A stretch of DNA of 64,000 nt from an uncultured Methanosarcinales archaeon (GTDB lineage Archaea > Nanobdellota > Nanobdellia > Woesearchaeales > WJKR01), in contig CAZKVR010000001.1 of NCBI GenBank assembly GCA_964556395.1, positions 106,996 to 170,995 of the forward strand. The letters are read 5' to 3'. The notes under the pieces were generated by a model, which saw only the letters and a list, made by a program, of their open reading frames with translations, was not told the origin of the DNA and ran no database searches. Positions 9,642 to 19,861 of the stretch are shown here, in pieces. Position numbers and translations under genes: made by a program. Within the stretch, counting starts at the first letter, position 1; every line of letters starts with the position of its first letter.

Positions 9642-11336
9642 TTATAATGTGAAACTTAATGTAAAGAGCGCTTTGCTCAGGTAGAAGTCACTACCGCCAC
9701 CGCTGTCTAGAGTGCGAGTACTACCGTCCTGTAGCGTCCGGGTGGTGTGCCAACCCTTGTAATCGTCGCCTGGAACGTAGAATCCGAACTCTGCACCGAG
9801 GGCGATGTTCTCCCAAGGGAAGAATCCTATGCCGAAGCCTAGTGCAGGGAGCTTTCGCTTGGTGTCGAGGTCTTCGATGGCTATGGATTGCTTGGGAACG
9901 CCTTGGAGGTCTGTAATCTCCTCATAGGAGTTCTCCTTCCCTTTATAGGAGTCATAGCCTAACGAGCACCATGCCAGGAAGTCTTTCCGTTCCCGCTGCC
10001 TGAACATCACCAAAGCTTTCCAGCCGGTGAAGGTGGCGTCGCGTTCGATGTAGCCTTGGCCTCTCAGGTCTCCGACGGGCGGCCTCTTCTTCTCGATCTT
10101 TGAGTAGAAGCCGCCGTAGTTGAAGCCTGCTCCTAAGCCGAGATTCATCCACAAGCCTTTGTCAGGGTCGTCTGAAAGGAACGCGCCGGCCCAGAGGCCT
10201 CCTACGAAGGAGGGAGTGTTCTGATCCTGACCTGTCGCCGGCATGAAACCTGCGTGGGGGGTTATGACGAAGTGCTGTCCTCCCCATGGGTTCTTCTCGG
10301 GTACGGAGTCCTTACGGATAGTTTCTTTCTCCACCGTATCCTCAGCTTCCTCGACGAGGGTGATGTTGAAGGTCTGGTTGTAGTTGTTCACCACGCCAGG
10401 CTTCTCATCGCCTTCCACTATCACCGTGTCCTTCGCAGTCTCTTGTTCAGGCTTTTCCTTTTTCTTCGGACTTTGTTCCTTCGTGCGCTGAGCGGGCTTG
10501 GCTCCTCCTTCTTCCTTGACGAAGAAGTGGACTTTCCCCAACTTTCGACCATTGGGCAGAACGTAGTCTTCCTTGTTGCCGTATCGGAAGGCTGCGTAGA
10601 AGCCCTTTTGCAACTCTGTCGCATCGAGTTCGCCGTCCTCAAGGTTTTTCAAGACCTCTGAGCACTGCTTCCTCGCGGGTAGGCCGTAAGACTTGTATCG
10701 TTTCAGGCGGTTCAGGGCACGGAGTGGTTCCAACTGTTCAGTTTGGAGGGAGTACGAGAAGCTGGAGTCCAGCGCACGCCTCACCATCCGTATCCCTTTG
10801 ATACCATCGGTCACCATATGTATGGTGCCTAGTTCTAGCTTCTCTCCGGGGGAGAGCTTGCTGAATGCGTAGGTGGACACGGGCGAGATGAACAACGCGT
10901 CCTCCTCAGACTCCTTCAGGTCCTCTCCCAAGCGTTTTGCAGCATTTCCCTGGTCATAGTCTATCCTCAGGCCTTTCTTCTTCCGGTTAGGGATTCTGAG
11001 CTTCCTGAGGGCTTTGTTGTCTTCGAGCGCTTCTCGTTGTTTTGAGGTCAGCTCGATGACGGTCTTCCAGTCTCGTTCCTTGAATGGTACGAGCACGTCC
11101 GCGTAGCGGCGGGCGGGTTTGAGCGTATTATCCTCTAAGAGGATGATATCGACGTCCTTCCAGATGGATGCCGGAAGGTTCTCCTTGAAGTTGAACCCTG
11201 TGACATGTTCCGTCACCTCATCGAAGGACTTCTTGTTCGCCGTCGTGGAGTAGTCCCACGCGGGTACCCCGACCTGGCCGAGCAGCGTCGTATGCGCCAG
11301 CAGGACGAGGAAACATAGTGTGGTTATGGTTTTCAT
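9642..11336 (-). CDS. Secreted protein with N-terminal signal peptide and a beta-rich C-terminal domain
   Basis: The signal peptide reads MKTITTLCFLVLLAHTTLLGQ. The C-terminus has an alternating hydrophobic pattern ending FTLSFTL. Confidence 0.55.
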   Translation of the reverse strand: MKTITTLCFLVLLAHTTLLGQVGVPAWDYSTTANKKSFDEVTEHVTGFNFKENLPASIWKDVDIILLEDNTLKPARRYADVLVPFKERDWKTVIELTSKQREALEDNKALRKLRIPNRKKKGLRIDYDQGNAAKRLGEDLKESEEDALFISPVSTYAFSKLSPGEKLELGTIHMVTDGIKGIRMVRRALDSSFSYSLQTEQLEPLRALNRLKRYKSYGLPARKQCSEVLKNLEDGELDATELQKGFYAAFRYGNKEDYVLPNGRKLGKVHFFVKEEGGAKPAQRTKEQSPKKKEKPEQETAKDTVIVEGDEKPGVVNNYNQTFNITLVEEAEDTVEKETIRKDSVPEKNPWGGQHFVITPHAGFMPATGQDQNTPSFVGGLWAGAFLSDDPDKGLWMNLGLGAGFNYGGFYSKIEKKRPPVGDLRGQGYIERDATFTGWKALVMFRQRERKDFLAWCSLGYDSYKGKENSYEEITDLQGVPKQSIAIEDLDTKRKLPALGFGIGFFPWENIALGAEFGFYVPGDDYKGWHTTRTLQDGSTRTLDSGGGSDFYLSKALFTLSFTL

Positions 11337-11938
11337 GAGTTTGTGTTCTTTTTGTTCGTGATTTGGTCTTTTACATTCTCATCCGTGCGGATGGTTTGAG
11401 AGTTGAGTTCTTCGAGTTTTCGGAGTAGTCCATCAGAGGTGATGAATTTTTCACGAGCCCTCGATAAAACCCCGTTTCCTCCGACTCCGTTTTGGTGGTG
11501 CCTGACGTATTGCAGGGCTTGTTCTTCGACATTCTTTCGTAGCTCGTCGCGCACGTATCCGCTGTAGAGGAGGTTCAACATCTTGAGAACGTACTCTAGG
11601 CAGAGGTGGTCGACCAGTCCTCTGAGGAGGACGTGCTTCTCATAGTAGAGGGCCATGTATACCAGGTAAGGCGAGTAGTATGACCTGTCCTGTATGAGGG
11701 CGAGCGCTTCCTCGTCCTTAGGCAGCTGGTATTTTGGACAGTTCTCGAAGAAGACGAACCCTCTTTCAGGGTTCCTGTCGACTATCTTCTTGAATTCACG
11801 CATGTTTTCTCGGAAGAATTCGTACGTCAAGGGTTCCCCTTTGTTGATGTTTGAGAAGAGGTTGTAGCGGAGATTTGTAAGGTTTAACACCCCAAACATG
11901 AGGTTTGACACCAAGTTGTTCTTGAATCTTCTTTTCAT
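11333..11938 (-). CDS. Hypothetical protein
   Basis: ORF in a tightly packed array, with 4-nt overlaps to its neighbours. Confidence 0.5.
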   Translation of the reverse strand: MKRRFKNNLVSNLMFGVLNLTNLRYNLFSNINKGEPLTYEFFRENMREFKKIVDRNPERGFVFFENCPKYQLPKDEEALALIQDRSYYSPYLVYMALYYEKHVLLRGLVDHLCLEYVLKMLNLLYSGYVRDELRKNVEEQALQYVRHHQNGVGGNGVLSRAREKFITSDGLLRKLEELNSQTIRTDENVKDQITNKKNTNS

Positions 11939-11971
11939 AATAGTATGTTTATGGTTGTTAATCCGTTATCA

Positions 11972-12229
11972 TCAGTTCAACATATTGAGTAGTCCGTCAA
12001 GTCTCATGACCAAATCCTCATTGTTGAAGATTTCCGATAGATGTTCCGATATTCGTAGGTACGCTTCGAAGAGATCCTCATCTGACGAGGTATTCTGCTT
12101 CTGGCAAGGTACTAGTTCTACGCCTGCATCGTTCAGGTCGTCGAGGACCGTCGGGTGCAGGGTTTGGAGATAGGGATCTTGGATAGTCAGGTTCTCGTCT
12201 GTTTTCGGTTGTTTTCTCATATCAATCAT
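11972..12229 (-). CDS. Hypothetical small acidic protein
   Basis: ORF only. Confidence 0.4.
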   Translation of the reverse strand: MIDMRKQPKTDENLTIQDPYLQTLHPTVLDDLNDAGVELVPCQKQNTSSDEDLFEAYLRISEHLSEIFNNEDLVMRLDGLLNMLN

Positions 12230-13115
12230 TTTTTGTTATTATTGATTCTGTTACTAATGGTATCACGAATGCGGCCGCTAATGTGATATAAAACACGAAT
12301 TGGCAGAACGAGGTGATGAACAGTCCTTCGTCTCCGAATGCGGTTCGCATATGGTCTATCTCTGGCCTTAGGCTCAGGTATGCTGTCAACACGGACAAAG
12401 CAGGTATGAAAGCCGTTATACGGGAAGCGCCTCTCGACCACCTATATTTCTTTTTGAAACAGAGGATGATGATCCAGAGGACAAATCCCCACACTGCAAT
12501 ATTCAGTACTCGTTCGAGGTCTATCTGTGACTCCGTACTTTGACATGAGGAGTCATAGGTGTAACTGCCAGCATTCTTAGCCACATTGAACGTCTCTCCT
12601 CGTGCGGTCATCGCCAGCGTGTCATAAGTAGCCTTGTGTATTATAGTATCCCTCACAGAACCCTTCTCGTGAAGCTCTAGGAGTTGCCAGCGATTAAGCT
12701 TTCCTAAGATACCGACCTCTTTCTTGATGGCGTTCTCAATGCTTGAGAAGTATAGGCTCTCTCCGTGAACGAAGAGCACGTAGCCGTCCCTGTAAACTGC
12801 CGTATCCGGTGATTGTAGGATTGCTTGTCCGTCCTCGAAGCTTACTATACGCCTCTGAGGAATCCATTTGTACACGGAGATGTCTGTCACGCAGCCTTCT
12901 CGTTGGTTGAAGCTCAATACTGTCCTGCTGTAGGTGAAAGGCCCTCTCTTGAAGGTATCGTCCTTGTCCCATCTCAGATATCTCTGGTTGGCCAGGAGCA
13001 GTAATGAATCTCCTTTTTGGAGCGCAACGCTGTCCCCTAGGGTTGTGATGACTCTATCTTGGCTCGCCGCTAGCTGCGACAGCAGTATCAGGAGTAATAT
13101 TGGTATCTTTTTCAT
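12222..13115 (-). CDS. Secreted or membrane protein (signal peptide plus C-terminal TM helices)
   Basis: The N-terminus is MKKIPILLLILLSQLAASQD. Hydrophobic segments lie at the C-terminus. Confidence 0.55.
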   Translation of the reverse strand: MKKIPILLLILLSQLAASQDRVITTLGDSVALQKGDSLLLLANQRYLRWDKDDTFKRGPFTYSRTVLSFNQREGCVTDISVYKWIPQRRIVSFEDGQAILQSPDTAVYRDGYVLFVHGESLYFSSIENAIKKEVGILGKLNRWQLLELHEKGSVRDTIIHKATYDTLAMTARGETFNVAKNAGSYTYDSSCQSTESQIDLERVLNIAVWGFVLWIIILCFKKKYRWSRGASRITAFIPALSVLTAYLSLRPEIDHMRTAFGDEGLFITSFCQFVFYITLAAAFVIPLVTESIITKND

Positions 13116-13834
13116 GTTTTATTTTCGTTTCTTGTCATTGTGAATCTTATTATGTTAAGCAAACCGGACCAACACAGAGCGTATGAGACTGCGTAGATCG
13201 TGGAAGCCCAAGGGGCTACTCCTATCGGGAGCAGTAGTAGCAACAATGCTGCCACCACTATAGTGAGTATGATGAATTGTACCCCTAGACGCAACAGCAA
13301 ACGAGGTAAGTTCATATTTTGAACCAGTGAAACTATGAAAAGCATAATCAGTCCTAGAGGGAGCATCATGAGGTCTTCGCTCCGATGCTTGGTTTTCTTT
13401 CCTACATGGAAAGATCTATCCTTGTCCTCATAGCTTATCACGAGCGATTCCGAACGCTTATGCAGTGTCGGCCCTTTGAACCAGTCTCCAGGTATCTCCG
13501 CGCCGAGCATGTCCTCACGGATTATCAGGTCCGTTTGTTGGCAATCCTTAGTGCGGAGAGCTTCCAGCAGGACATGAGGGTTTAGTGCGAGGGCTTCTCG
13601 GTGCAGATCGATGCAATCGCTCCGTATAGGAATCGTGTGGAGCGTTGATGGCTCGGCATCACCTTCATAGAATATGACGAAGGTGTCGTCTCGGACCTCG
13701 AATCCTAGTCGGTACAGTTCCATAGGGGCCCTGAAGGCATGGCCGTGCGGCAACTCCACCTTGACGGGGAGTTTTTGGGTCTGGGCGCTCGCCTCTATGG
13801 AGAGGAGGAGCGCCATCAGGATTATTGTTCTCAT
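13112..13834 (-). CDS. Secreted or membrane protein
   Basis: The signal peptide reads MRTIILMALLLSIEASAQ. TM helices lie at the C-terminus. Confidence 0.55.
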   Translation of the reverse strand: MRTIILMALLLSIEASAQTQKLPVKVELPHGHAFRAPMELYRLGFEVRDDTFVIFYEGDAEPSTLHTIPIRSDCIDLHREALALNPHVLLEALRTKDCQQTDLIIREDMLGAEIPGDWFKGPTLHKRSESLVISYEDKDRSFHVGKKTKHRSEDLMMLPLGLIMLFIVSLVQNMNLPRLLLRLGVQFIILTIVVAALLLLLLPIGVAPWASTIYAVSYALCWSGLLNIIRFTMTRNENKT

Positions 13835-13844
13835 ATCGTTGTTG

Positions 13845-14504
13845 TTATGAAGGGTATTCGCACAGGGAGCAGCGCTCTCCGTCGTCGATGAGACTGATGA
13901 GTTCGCGCCTCATATCCTCGTATTCTTCCTCCTCGGAACGGGAGGGGATGTCTGCTTGTATCAGGACTTCCCTGAGTGTCTTGCCGTCTAGATCTATCAG
14001 ACGCTTGTAGCCAGCGGTGAACCTCAAGGCTGTGCAGAGGTCGAAGCCGAAACCTTCCCGTTCGCATATCTCGACATCTGATGCTTCAGGCCGTACTTGG
14101 ATGTACTTGTCGAGCAGTTCTTCCTCCAGTTCCCTTTCCGCTATCCCTTCAAGGATCGATTCCGCTTGTTCTAGGGTTATGGGGAAATCTGGGTCAGCCC
14201 CGGAGGCTTCTCGTATGCGGCTCTTGAGTTCTAGCCACAGATTCTCGACTTCCTCTTCTTTTTTACCTGTCAACGCTGCGATGTCTTTGATAGTCGTCAG
14301 TTTTCCTTCAGTGAACATCATGCTGGCGACTTGCCTTTTGCGGTCGTGTGCTTGCGGGTCTTCGAACCCTCGTAGCTTGTCAAGTATGTTTATTATCCTT
14401 ATCGTTTCCATAATCTTGTTTTTTTTGGTTGCGGATTTTTTTTCATTATTCTTGATAGAGTCCTCCATATCGATTTCTCGGGTTTTTTCCGAGGCGGTAT
14501 CCAT
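13845..14504 (-). CDS. Hypothetical acidic protein with a possible HTH
   Basis: An HTH-like segment TIKDIAALTGKKEEEVENLW is present. Confidence 0.45.
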   Translation of the reverse strand: MDTASEKTREIDMEDSIKNNEKKSATKKNKIMETIRIINILDKLRGFEDPQAHDRKRQVASMMFTEGKLTTIKDIAALTGKKEEEVENLWLELKSRIREASGADPDFPITLEQAESILEGIAERELEEELLDKYIQVRPEASDVEICEREGFGFDLCTALRFTAGYKRLIDLDGKTLREVLIQADIPSRSEEEEYEDMRRELISLIDDGERCSLCEYPS

Positions 14505-14875
14505 AAGAGGACTCCTAGCAGCCAGGAGATTCCCAGCGAGATTATCGTGGTCAGCACCGATGGCACGTCCTCAGTGTTCTCAGTCATGAAAGATTCTGAG
14601 AGGAAGTAAGAGGCAGACCATACGAGCGCCACCAAGAGTATGAGGTTCCATAGGATGACGCCTTGGAGGGCTAGCATGTTCTTCCAACGCTCCCATCTTT
14701 GTGATTCCTCCATCCATAAGGCCTTCAACAAAGGGTTTGACGAGCATATTGTTATCGAACCTAGAGTTATGAGGAATCCGGTGAGGAAACTCTCTACGCC
14801 CAGCCATATCGACAGGGCTACAGGTATTGTTATTGTGGCGGTCATTGCGGACCACAGTAAAGATGTTCTTTTCAT
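14399..14875 (-). CDS. Membrane protein
   Basis: Multiple hydrophobic helices are present. Confidence 0.45.
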   Translation of the reverse strand: MKRTSLLWSAMTATITIPVALSIWLGVESFLTGFLITLGSITICSSNPLLKALWMEESQRWERWKNMLALQGVILWNLILLVALVWSASYFLSESFMTENTEDVPSVLTTIISLGISWLLGVLLWIPPRKKPEKSIWRTLSRIMKKNPQPKKTRLWKR

Positions 14876-14998
14876 AGTCTTGTTTTGTTTTATTTTGTGA
14901 AACCTCTCCGGAGTCTCCGGAGCGGGGTTTAGTCGGATCGTCGCTCTTGACAGGGTTTTTTGCGGACCTTTTTCTGGAGATGTTGAACACGTATCCGG

Positions 14999-15415
14999 CT
15001 ATAGGTTCTCTTCGTAACGGTAACCGTAGCGGGTCTCTACGGGCTCTTCTTCCAATAAGAGGGAAACCGTTCTTGTGAGATAATCCTCTTCTCCCAGCAG
15101 GACCACTTGTTTCACTCGTTCCCTTGTTCTTGAGTCACTTACTTTCGCTCGCAGCCATAGGGCCAGATTGAGCTTTTGTCCTTCTGACGCTTCGACAGGT
15201 TTCATCCTTTCTGTGAGAAAGATTGTTGAGAAACTCCAGATATAATTTTTGAACTCTTCCATGGCTTTGAAAGCCATCTCGTTCCCCTGCTCGACGAAGA
15301 GCAGTATGTCATTTTTTTCGAGTTCTTCCAGCGCATACTTAACAGTCTCTTTGATCTCTTGGTATCGCTGTGCGGTTCCTGTTTTTTTACTTAATCGTAA
15401 GATAATGGTGCACAT
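14999..15415 (-). CDS. Hypothetical protein
   Basis: ORF only. Confidence 0.45.
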   Translation of the reverse strand: MCTIILRLSKKTGTAQRYQEIKETVKYALEELEKNDILLFVEQGNEMAFKAMEEFKNYIWSFSTIFLTERMKPVEASEGQKLNLALWLRAKVSDSRTRERVKQVVLLGEEDYLTRTVSLLLEEEPVETRYGYRYEENL

Positions 15416-15433
15416 AAGCTTTTTTGTTTTGTT

Positions 15434-15772
15434 TCAAATTGATTTTTCTTTTCCTGTATCCTGACGCTTCTCCCGATCAGGACATGATAGTGTTACAGTT
15501 GCCAACATTAGCAGAACGAACAATGCTAACAGCAACAACACCATCCCTGTCAAGGCATAGGACGTGAAGGTGTACAGTATGTCGACTAGGACATTCGTAT
15601 TTCCTCGCTGCGGGAGTTCTATCAGATCAGGGATAGATGTTCCACGGAGCGCCATGACGATGCTCGCCCCTATTACGAGGGAGAGCAGCGGCGCGATGAT
15701 GAGAATAGCATGTCGATGAAGACGCGCTATCAAACCTCTGATTCCATCGCATAGTTTTTCTTGGTTCATCAT
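15434..15772 (-). CDS. Small membrane protein
   Basis: Hydrophobic helices are present. The ORF overlaps the upstream gene by 4 nt. Confidence 0.45.
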   Translation of the reverse strand: MMNQEKLCDGIRGLIARLHRHAILIIAPLLSLVIGASIVMALRGTSIPDLIELPQRGNTNVLVDILYTFTSYALTGMVLLLLALFVLLMLATVTLSCPDREKRQDTGKEKSI

Positions 15773-16245
15773 AGTATTATCCTTTTTACGGTTAATGGTA
15801 TCCTTTCATCGGAGACCTTCTGCTCGTAACGCATGATGTGCTTGTGCAGGATTGCTTCCGATAAGGGATATCTTAGGACGATTTTTTGGAGCAAGGTTCT
15901 TTTTTCCCACGAGATGTACGGGGTGCCGAGGAGGATTATCATCCGCCAGCGTATTTCCTGATCAGAAGTCATAATTTTCTCCTCGATCGTCGTGAACTCG
16001 CTCCCGACCTTCAACTGGTAATATCGAATACGGAGTTTTCCGTCGCACCTATTTCTGAGGCTCTTACAGAGACCTCTGAGGAACGAGCGTTGGGCCTTCC
16101 TTAATATTTGATTGTGATCCATATCATTTGTTTGAATAGTAATGAAAAAATCTTTTTCTACAGGTCGCGTCAGGATCAGGCACTTGAGTCCACGCCACAA
16201 CATTGGGCCTTCAATTTTACAGTTGTCGTCATCTGAGTTCGACAT
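15769..16245 (-). CDS. Hypothetical protein
   Basis: ORF only. Confidence 0.45.
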   Translation of the reverse strand: MSNSDDDNCKIEGPMLWRGLKCLILTRPVEKDFFITIQTNDMDHNQILRKAQRSFLRGLCKSLRNRCDGKLRIRYYQLKVGSEFTTIEEKIMTSDQEIRWRMIILLGTPYISWEKRTLLQKIVLRYPLSEAILHKHIMRYEQKVSDERIPLTVKRIIL

Positions 16246-16266
16246 TCTCTGTTTTTTCTCTTGTCC

Positions 16267-16758
16267 TTACCGTCCTTTCTTGTTCGACATCTTTTTTTCA
16301 GGGCGAGTTTCCATGCACCTCATGACCCGATAGCGCATGGGCAAAGGCCGTTCAATCCCTTTGAGATTTACGGCCAACCATGACGTGATACTTTTGAACC
16401 CCTGATAATAGTGCATTACTGCCTGGAGGAGTTCTTCGCCATCGTTGGCGGTCACCTCCCGGTAATAGACTAGCTTGTCATAGATCCCGTCATCTTCCGT
16501 CGAGGCGTAGTGGAACTCCTCATAGTAGTCATTCCCAGTGAGTTTTTTCATTCTGATGATATCGAATGAACCGTCTTTGTCAGTATCAGTGTAGCGTTTG
16601 TATATCGTCTTTTCCACTAAGCCACGGTCTGATATGACGACTATAGAGTCCAAGCGGGTCTCAGTAAGCCTCAACAAGTATGTAGAGGTATCCTTTTCCT
16701 GTGCTGAAGTCCAGAGTGAGACCGCTGACAACACCATTATAATTATTGTTTTTCTCAT
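16267..16758 (-). CDS. Secreted protein (start at MRKTIIIMVLSAVSLWTSAQ)
   Basis: A signal peptide begins at an internal Met. The upstream ORF extension is Arg/Gly-rich and not protein-like. Confidence 0.5.
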   Translation of the reverse strand: MRKTIIIMVLSAVSLWTSAQEKDTSTYLLRLTETRLDSIVVISDRGLVEKTIYKRYTDTDKDGSFDIIRMKKLTGNDYYEEFHYASTEDDGIYDKLVYYREVTANDGEELLQAVMHYYQGFKSITSWLAVNLKGIERPLPMRYRVMRCMETRPEKKMSNKKGR

Positions 16759-16826
16759 ATCGGCTATTTTTTTGGGTGACATCGACCGCTTCACGGATTC
16801 TCCGTCTGCGGCTTTTCGAACGCGGT

Positions 16827-17555
16827 TCATCCCAAGACGTTCAGGAGACCATCCCAGCGTTTGAGGAAGAAAGGGAGTGAGGTCGTCATCGGTCCTGAGA
16901 GGTCGTCCTCCTCTGATGCATGATGTTCGTCCTTTACGCCCCAAGAGTTTGAGCGGTCATTCCATACGATGGTGTAGAGGTGTGAACCTGATTCTTCTAA
17001 CAGGTCTCCGCAGTATAGAGGCTTGCCTCTATATTTGTAACCGGTCTCCATACCTTTCGCTGGTCGTTCTCGCCATTCAAGTCTTGAGAGGAGAATCGCC
17101 CTCACGTAGGGGTCTATGACTGTGAGCGTCCCTTTCTTCTGGTTTATCGCCTTGAGCTGCCTTCGTGACGTGCTCTCGATCCATGTCGCAAGGGGGTAGC
17201 CACGGAGGCTTTCCAGGTTATAGGGTATCTCTGACTCCCATATGTGCAGGGGGTTGTTGAGTATCGCATACGCGGTTGAGGGGAGGTAGATATCCCTTGT
17301 CAAGCGTTTCCGATAAAATGTGGGAAATCTTCTCTTGATGACCCACGGTATCTTATCGAGAACGTATGATACCCCATATAACAGTGAGAGCGATAGTATG
17401 ATGACTATCGGACCTGCTACGAGCATTCCTTGGGACTGGTATAACAACCTGCCAAGGACGATCCATGTGACGGCTATGAGCATTACGGCCAATACTGGTA
17501 CGAGCATCATGAGCGCCGTCTTTTCAGGCATTCTTCTTCTTATTATCTTCTTCAT
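16827..17555 (-). CDS. Membrane protein
   Basis: Two N-terminal TM helices are present. Confidence 0.5.
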   Translation of the reverse strand: MKKIIRRRMPEKTALMMLVPVLAVMLIAVTWIVLGRLLYQSQGMLVAGPIVIILSLSLLYGVSYVLDKIPWVIKRRFPTFYRKRLTRDIYLPSTAYAILNNPLHIWESEIPYNLESLRGYPLATWIESTSRRQLKAINQKKGTLTVIDPYVRAILLSRLEWRERPAKGMETGYKYRGKPLYCGDLLEESGSHLYTIVWNDRSNSWGVKDEHHASEEDDLSGPMTTSLPFFLKRWDGLLNVLG

Positions 17556-17977
17556 TTTCGCGAATTTTTATGTTCTTGTCCGATACTTATTCTGGTGAGG
17601 TATTCTTCTGCCTGTTCTTTCGAGCAGACCAGTTCTGGAAGCCCATCAAGATTCATGAACTGGAGGTATTTCCAGAGCTTTGGGGACGGCATCAGATACA
17701 TCCTTGTCGCTCTCGTAACCGACCTGAAGAGGCGGCTGCAAAGTAGGATGGCGTGCATGCCGTAGAGGTCTATGCTCTCGACTCCTGTGAGGTCGAGGAT
17801 TATAGGGATGTTTCTCTTCATGGTTGCGGAAGCTTCCACGAATTCGGACTTGAAGAGTTTTAAGTCCTGATTGTTGTTCTTATCGCCGTTCGTCAGAGCG
17901 GCTCCGGGGGCGACCTCTAGTATAGCGTAGAGCATGCCGTCACCCGTCTTCGAGTATGATTCTGTTAGTATCCTCAT
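17552..17977 (-). CDS. STAS-domain protein (SpoIIAA-like anti-sigma-factor antagonist fold)
   Basis: The segment IILDLTGVESIDLYGMHAILL matches the STAS core pattern. Confidence 0.55.
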   Translation of the reverse strand: MRILTESYSKTGDGMLYAILEVAPGAALTNGDKNNNQDLKLFKSEFVEASATMKRNIPIILDLTGVESIDLYGMHAILLCSRLFRSVTRATRMYLMPSPKLWKYLQFMNLDGLPELVCSKEQAEEYLTRISIGQEHKNSRK

Positions 17978-18474
17978 TTCTTATGCTGGTTTTGGGTTTG
18001 TAATCTTTCTTTTTTCATCTTCGATAACCATCGGGCGTGCCGCTTCATCTTCTTAATCTCTTTTGACAATAGTAGCAGAAGCCCGACGATGATTATCGGG
18101 GCGAGCCAAGAGTGGATCGATGGCGGCATGGCCGAAGGTTTCAGCATCGGCATGCAGATCACCAGCAAGGAGTAGGTGATGCTGCAGAAATGTATCCTGA
18201 AGAATGTTCCTTCAGCTCTCATGCGAGGCGTCTTCCTCGGTATGAAGACTGGTACGAGTATGAGAAGGAGGAACATGGTCAGCGATGACTTCATCCAGGA
18301 AAGTTCGTCATATGTCAATACGACGGTCAACCCGACGAAGGCGCATAGCATTCCGGAGAATGCGTCTGTTCTTCGGTGCTTCTTGATGACTTTGTGTATT
18401 CCGAAGAATTTGAAGAAGTAGAAACCGAGCAATATAGTTATTATAAATACAAATATGGTTATGGGCAGAGACAT
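17974..18474 (-). CDS. Membrane protein
   Basis: Four or five TM helices are present. Confidence 0.5.
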   Translation of the reverse strand: MSLPITIFVFIITILLGFYFFKFFGIHKVIKKHRRTDAFSGMLCAFVGLTVVLTYDELSWMKSSLTMFLLLILVPVFIPRKTPRMRAEGTFFRIHFCSITYSLLVICMPMLKPSAMPPSIHSWLAPIIIVGLLLLLSKEIKKMKRHARWLSKMKKERLQTQNQHKK

Positions 18475-18492
18475 TCGTGTTCCTTTCGGTTT

Positions 18493-18999
18493 TTAGGTGT
18501 TTGTCAGTGATTCTCGTAATAGCTGGGAAACGTCTCTTAGGCGTTGGACGCTTCTAGCGACGTACTTCTTGGCATGGTGGTCGTGTATCACATGCCAGAC
18601 GGTAAAATCCCCTTGGATTCTGTGGTTCTCGGCGAGGGTTCGGTACTTGAGCCAGTAGGAGACTTTTCTCCAAGGCACTCCTAGTTCAGGGTCTCCTATG
18701 TAGATGGTCTCCCCAGTGATATCTTCAAGGTCCGGGGATTCCAGGTAGGGTGAACGTATGATATCGATCGTTTCCGTCCTGAGCATCCTTAGAGGGGGCA
18801 GAATCGTTGACAGCCGGAGATTCTCTGCGTTCTTGATGAGGTCTGCTAGACCTTCTTCCCGTTCCAAGTGTAAGGCTGTCTTCAGCAGTTCGAGAAGGGA
18901 CTGTATCTTGTTGTCCTCGTCCTCGATAGCCAATAGTCTTATGTCGAGGCCTGTCAGGAGTTCTGAGAGGTCCTCTTTGAATAGTTGTTTCTCGTCCAT
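18493..18999 (-). CDS. Hypothetical protein
   Basis: ORF only. Confidence 0.45.
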   Translation of the reverse strand: MDEKQLFKEDLSELLTGLDIRLLAIEDEDNKIQSLLELLKTALHLEREEGLADLIKNAENLRLSTILPPLRMLRTETIDIIRSPYLESPDLEDITGETIYIGDPELGVPWRKVSYWLKYRTLAENHRIQGDFTVWHVIHDHHAKKYVARSVQRLRDVSQLLRESLTNT

Positions 19000-19009
19000 T
19001 TTTTATTTT

Positions 19010-19861
19010 TTATTTGTATCCGCTCGCCATGGTTGATTGTTCGTTCCAGGCGTTTCCGTAGAGTAAATTTTTCACGATAACTGATATGTCAGTAGCCCGG
19101 GATGTGGTGTGCAACAGTCTTAGGAGTTCTGAAGTGTCCTTGATGCTCTCCGGTATCCGTTCGAGCGCTTGTTCAGCATTCTTTGTGAGTTGGTCTTCAG
19201 TGCCTGCCGGTATGACCCACAGTACCTTTCGCTTCCGAATCTCCAGGAACTCCATGAGTATGAGTTCTCTCCTGACTAGTCGGGACTGGCATATCGATAA
19301 GAGTCCTTCCCGCGATTTGTTTACGACCGCATCTAGCGCTACGTGCTCGTACCACCTGCATTCCTTTTGGAACTGTAGGAAAAGATAGTTATGATAGCAA
19401 TAGTTATCAGCGAGAGAGAAGAAATCCTTATCTATCGAGATGATATTCTCTTCGACCAAACGCGATAGCACCGCTTTGAGGGTTTCGTGGCAGTCGTGAG
19501 GCTTCCGATGCTTCAGGCACCACAGGTATAATATCTCTGCGGGCCTCAGTTTCGGTATTAATTTTTCTTGTGCCATAGGTAGATCCTTTTTTGAATTTTT
19601 GAATATGAATCCTGGTAAAAGCAGCATTGTGACTGCTGCGAAGCACAGAATGAGGTTGATGAGATACGAGACCATCCCGGCTGCTAGGAGTGACGCAGGT
19701 ATGAAGATAAGTCTGGCGTAGCCGACAACCATTCTCTTGAACGATTCGAGGTTGTGTCTCATGACAATCTGTTTTAGGATTGTGAGAAGAAGGGGCGCGG
19801 CACCCTTGATGCCATCCGCGCCCTCTTGAGATAGTCTTACTTCCTCTGATGTTCGGATCAT
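19010..19861 (-). CDS. Hypothetical protein with internal TM helices
   Basis: ORF with hydrophobic segments. Confidence 0.45.
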   Translation of the reverse strand: MIRTSEEVRLSQEGADGIKGAAPLLLTILKQIVMRHNLESFKRMVVGYARLIFIPASLLAAGMVSYLINLILCFAAVTMLLLPGFIFKNSKKDLPMAQEKLIPKLRPAEILYLWCLKHRKPHDCHETLKAVLSRLVEENIISIDKDFFSLADNYCYHNYLFLQFQKECRWYEHVALDAVVNKSREGLLSICQSRLVRRELILMEFLEIRKRKVLWVIPAGTEDQLTKNAEQALERIPESIKDTSELLRLLHTTSRATDISVIVKNLLYGNAWNEQSTMASGYK